Source of the DNA: an uncultured Nitrospiraceae bacterium
GTDB lineage: Bacteria; Nitrospirota; Thermodesulfovibrionia; Thermodesulfovibrionales; Dissulfurispiraceae
DNA length: 64,000 bases
Assembly (NCBI GenBank): GCA_963705105.1
Contig: CAVPIW010000006.1
Coordinates: forward strand, 768,001-832,000
Direction: 5' to 3'
In this document: positions 60,429-64,000 of the stretch, piece after piece
Layout: every line of letters starts with the position of its first letter
How positions within the stretch are numbered: the first letter of the stretch is position 1
Program-made: the position numbers and the translations under genes
The notes under the pieces: generated by a model
Database searches by the model: none
The model's input: the letters and a program-made list of their open reading frames with translations, nothing else
What the model was told of the DNA's origin: nothing

Positions 60429-60866
60429 TCATCGACCATTGGCGTATGGATCGTCTTTCGTTCTTTCGTTCCCGTTCTCGTTCCCGTACCCGTACACGAC
60501 ATCCCCTTCTCGAACCTCGATTCCTCGCTCGATCATGCGCGTCAGCATTGCCACGATGCGCACGAGACGGTCTTTGCCTTTGTGCACAGTTTCACCGTCG
60601 AGCGTTCCGCACCGGTTGAGAATGTCCAGAATGGCTCCACATTCCCTGGCCGAGCCGCTGGCGATCTGCAGATAGCGGCCTCGATCCGCCGCCGGCATCT
60701 TTCCGCAGCCTTCAGCGATGTTCAGTGCGATGGACTGCGAAGCCCGAAGAAGTTGGTCCCGCGCCGGCCGGTCCATGCCCTTCAGGGTTCGGCACAGCTC
60801 ATACGCCCAGGCCGCAAAATCCAATGCCACGGCGTAAACGTCGAGTCTCTCGTGATCAAGCCTCAT
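60429..60866 (-). CDS. Four-helix-bundle (23S rRNA IVP / Avd-like) protein
   Basis: HERLDVY, DQLLRASQSIALNIAEG, IASGSARE. Confidence 0.92.
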   Translation of the reverse strand: MRLDHERLDVYAVALDFAAWAYELCRTLKGMDRPARDQLLRASQSIALNIAEGCGKMPAADRGRYLQIASGSARECGAILDILNRCGTLDGETVHKGKDRLVRIVAMLTRMIERGIEVREGDVVYGYGNENGNERTKDDPYANGR

Positions 60867-60940
60867 CGCTTTGTCGTGTACGGGAACGTGAACCGCTTCG
60901 CTGTGAACGTGTACGTTTCAAGGCCAACGCGAAGATCAGG

Positions 60941-61768
60941 CTACTTGAGATCGATATTGAAGGTCGCGCTGTCACGCTGGCCGCCTGCGATGACGGTAAA
61001 AGTGACCGTCCACCATCCCGGCATGTTGAACTTCATCCCCTCGATCAAATACACACCGCTGCCGATCTCCTGCGTCATCCTCGGTTTTGTCGGCAAACCG
61101 TGGCCATGCTCCGGCATCGCGCCATCGACGAGCACCTCCGCTCCCGTCACCGCCGATCCGTCCGTCCTTTCGACCCGGAGCTTCCACGTATGGATCGTGT
61201 TGAGGGGAACGGCCTGGGCCGTCTCATAGGTTATCCTGAATGATTTGCTCTTCGACATCTGCGTTGTGGAGACATCGAGCTTTTCCGGTCTCGTAACCTG
61301 GGCGCCGTGCTCATGCTTCTTGTCACCCACGGCAAGAGGGACTTCGAAGACCGCCCTGTCCCCCGTGCCTCCCTTTTTCACAGTGACCTTCAACTGCCAG
61401 AGCCCCTCCGCAGGGAGCAGCACATTGTCAACCCTGTAGAGGCCTCCGCCCTTTTCCGTAACGACGGGCTTGGCATCGACACCGTGTCCGTCATCAGCCA
61501 TCCAGGGGACGACCTCGATCGTCGCTCCGGTCACGTCACGGTCCCTCTTGTCATGGATGATGACGTCGATGCTGTTTGTCCCAACCTTGAACGACTTCTC
61601 CTTGTGCACAACCTCGACGCTGTATTCCCCCTTCTCGGCGACCTGGAAGAGGCTGTCGTGGTAGTGCTGCGTGAACTTTGCCTTTCTCGCATCATACCCC
61701 TCGTCGTGGGCCGTGACAGAAATGGGGATGCACAGGATTGCAAGAAAGACGACAAGGAATCTTTTCAT
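60941..61768 (-). CDS. Secreted protein with two FixH/YtkA-like domains
   Basis: PWMADDGHG...GGGLY and MPEHGHGLPT...MPGWW. Confidence 0.8.
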   Translation of the reverse strand: MKRFLVVFLAILCIPISVTAHDEGYDARKAKFTQHYHDSLFQVAEKGEYSVEVVHKEKSFKVGTNSIDVIIHDKRDRDVTGATIEVVPWMADDGHGVDAKPVVTEKGGGLYRVDNVLLPAEGLWQLKVTVKKGGTGDRAVFEVPLAVGDKKHEHGAQVTRPEKLDVSTTQMSKSKSFRITYETAQAVPLNTIHTWKLRVERTDGSAVTGAEVLVDGAMPEHGHGLPTKPRMTQEIGSGVYLIEGMKFNMPGWWTVTFTVIAGGQRDSATFNIDLK

Positions 61769-62107
61769 GACCGGCTCCTTTCCATGGTGAAATCGCTGTT
61801 GAAAAAGCGGAACTCGCCGACGGCAACCGCCTTTGCCTGTTGTCTAACTGTATCATCGTCCTTGTATGCCCTGTCAACAGGACGGTCAACGGCCGGCAGT
61901 AATACGACAATGACAGATCAACCACGAAGAGCACAGAGGTCACAGGGATGGGAAAGAAATCAGATTGTCTTTGCACGAAAAGTCGGGGCGAAGCGCTCTG
62001 AAAAACAGTGACAGTGTGAGTGTCAGTGTCAGTGTCGGCGTCACTAAGAGGTGGTCCCCATTGGTTGGACAGTTTGACGGCTGATTTAAGGTGGAAACCA
62101 TCCTTCA

Positions 62108-62976
62108 TCATGCCACCATCAGTTGTGCAGAATAGCCTGCACGGGGTAACTTCCAGTATGCCTCATGCGGCGTTCTGTCGTCCAGAGATGAATGCGGGCG
62201 CTCTTGGTTGTACTCCCCGATCCAATTCCCTATGATTTTCCTGGCCTCGCCGCCCGTTTCAAAAGCATGCAGATAGACACACTCGTATTTCAATGTCCGC
62301 CACAGCCGTTCAATCATGACATTGTCCATCCACCGCCCCTTGCCGTCCATCGATATCCCTATGCCGGCATCCGCCAGAACCTTGGTAAACTCAGTGCTTG
62401 TAAACTGACTCCCTTGATCCGTGTTGAATATCTCGGGCTTTCCATACCTCAACAAGGCTTCCCGTAAAGCCTCGACGCAGAACTCCGAATCCAATGAATT
62501 GCTCAGCCGCCAGCTCAGGACCATCCGGCTGCCCCAGTCCATGATCGCCACCAGGTACAGAAAACCTTTCCTCATCGGTATATAGCAAATATCGGCACAC
62601 CAGACATGGTTCGGTTCAGATATGTCCACTCCTCTGAGCAGATAGGGATAGATCTTGTGCTCAGGGTGGGTCTTGCTGGTGTTGGGTTTCTGGTAGATCG
62701 CCGCCAGTCCCGTCCTCTGCATCAGCCGCCGGATCCTTTTCCTGTTCACTCCATATCCCTGCCGCCGAAGATACCGGGTCATCTGCCGACTCCGTAGCTC
62801 GGCGCCTTGAGATACTGTTCGTCGATCGCGCGCATCAGCTCGAGGTTCAGCGCGCTTTCTCCCACAGGTTCATAATACAGACACGACCGGCTGATCTGCA
62901 GTAACTGACACTGCCGCGTTATGCTGAGCCCTGGATGGTCCGGTTGCACCATCTCTTTCCTTCGGCTACGGCTCAT
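62108..62976 (-). pseudogene. IS3 OrfB DDE transposase with a 1-nt frameshift near 62790
   Basis: WCADICYI, NTDQGSQF, DNVMIERLWRTLKYE; the YG|SRQMT junction is out of frame. Confidence 0.85.
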
Positions 62977-63260
62977 CGTCCGAAGGCTTTCGTTAAAAAA
63001 TCCCTCTCCACCGTCAGTTGCCCGATCTTGGCATGCAGTTCCTTGATCTCGGCCTCGTGTTCGACATCTTTCCGCCGTATCTTTGCCGCAAACACGTCCC
63101 CAAGCCCTTCAATGGCCTGTTTTTTCCACTCCCCCACCATATTGGGGTGGATTCCAAAGCGTGCACCGATCTCGGCAATTGTCGCCTCTTCCTTCAATGC
63201 TTCACGCGCGACCTTTGCTTTGAACTCCGCCGAATACCGATTCCTCTTCGTCTTGCTCAT
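62973..63260 (-). CDS. IS3 OrfA (HTH)
   Basis: YSAEFKAKVA, KIGQLTVERDFL; ATGA overlap with orfB. Confidence 0.92.
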   Translation of the reverse strand: MSKTKRNRYSAEFKAKVAREALKEEATIAEIGARFGIHPNMVGEWKKQAIEGLGDVFAAKIRRKDVEHEAEIKELHAKIGQLTVERDFLTKAFGR

Positions 63261-63692
63261 CTCGATGATCCCTCCTCATAAGTCGTATTTTACACCTTAT
63301 ACGACTGTCCGATTTTCGGGGACCACCTCTCTACCGCTGCCTCCGGCAAGGCAGATATGGTTCAAAGCCTTTCCAATGCGATGATGAGACTTCTCCGGGT
63401 GTTCAGCGCTTGTTGCCTGACGGGCTCTTGTCATCAGTCGACACGGCAAAGGGTGGTCTGGGGACGAGTACGGTATCTTAGAGGAAAGGCTTTTCACCAC
63501 ATCAGCCTTCCCGTCGGCACGATTGTCGTCCGGTTTCCGTCTTTGCGCGCTGTCTATTGTGTCTACTCTATTCTGTCTACTGTTTATAAGTGGCGCATTC
63601 ACCCCGCTTTTCGGTCGGGCCTATGAAGAAATATGTCATCTCAGGTTGGTCAGCGCTTGCTGCCTGACGGGCTTTTGTCAAAGGTTCATTTT

Positions 63693-63997
63693 CACTGACA
63701 CTGTCACTCACACTCACACTATTCCAGGTTTGTTGACACCTTTCACTGTCACTCACACTCACACTATTCCAGGTTTGTTGACACCTTTCACTGACACTCA
63801 CACTCACACTGTTCCAGGTTTGTTGACACCTTTCACTGACACTCACACTCACACTGTTCCAGGTTTGTTGACACCTTTCACTGCCACTCACACTCACACT
63901 GTTCCAGGTTTGTTGACACCTTTCACTGCCACTCACACTCACACTGTTCCAGGTTTGTTGACACCTTTCACTGACACTCACACTGACACTCACACTG
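63693..63997. repeat. 45-bp tandem repeat, six units
   Basis: CCAGGTTTGTTGACACCTTT recurs every 45 nt, separated by (CACTCA/CACTGA)n. Confidence 0.93.
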
Positions 63998-64000
63998 TTT

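Larger units (their letters stand above)
62047..63330 (-). mobile_element. IS3-family insertion sequence
   Basis: 13-bp perfect terminal IR AGAGGTGGTCCCC, 3-bp direct repeat CTA, orfA and orfB. Confidence 0.92.

Noticed and set aside
60429..60866. Diversity-generating retroelement (Avd)
   Set aside because: No reverse transcriptase and no TR/VR pair with adenine-specific mismatches seen.
63693..63997. CRISPR array
   Set aside because: The inter-repeat segments are near-identical microsatellite, not unique spacers, and there are no cas genes.

Overview
GC-rich bacterial chromosome segment. The left part holds housekeeping genes (rsmA, secA, livHMGF, an NCS2 permease), a VapBC-type TA pair, secreted repeat proteins and tRNA-Sec (21406-21503). 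The centre and right hold an apparently complete extracellular contractile injection system (eCIS, Afp/PVC/AlgoCIS-like) operon at 37.1-56.1 kb (-), with a sigma54 promoter and an adjacent NtrC-like activator. Downstream of the operon is an array of six DUF4157 ('eCIS core') effector-like genes. Main finding: five of the six carry an in-frame TGA at the same position, in a K-P-x-[UGA]-x6/7-C-G-E motif. Each TGA is followed by a conserved SECIS-like hairpin (CCC(T/G)CGTGCGGGG). Read-through joins each short N-terminal ORF to its DUF4157 ORF with no other stop, so these look like selenocysteine-containing injection-system cargo proteins, a family I do not recognise as described. Also present: a shared promoter architecture at three loci, about 11 copies of a modular palindromic intergenic repeat, an IS3 inserted in one copy, and a stand-alone copy of a carboxypeptidase propeptide. 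All domain calls come from reading motifs by eye, not from database searches.
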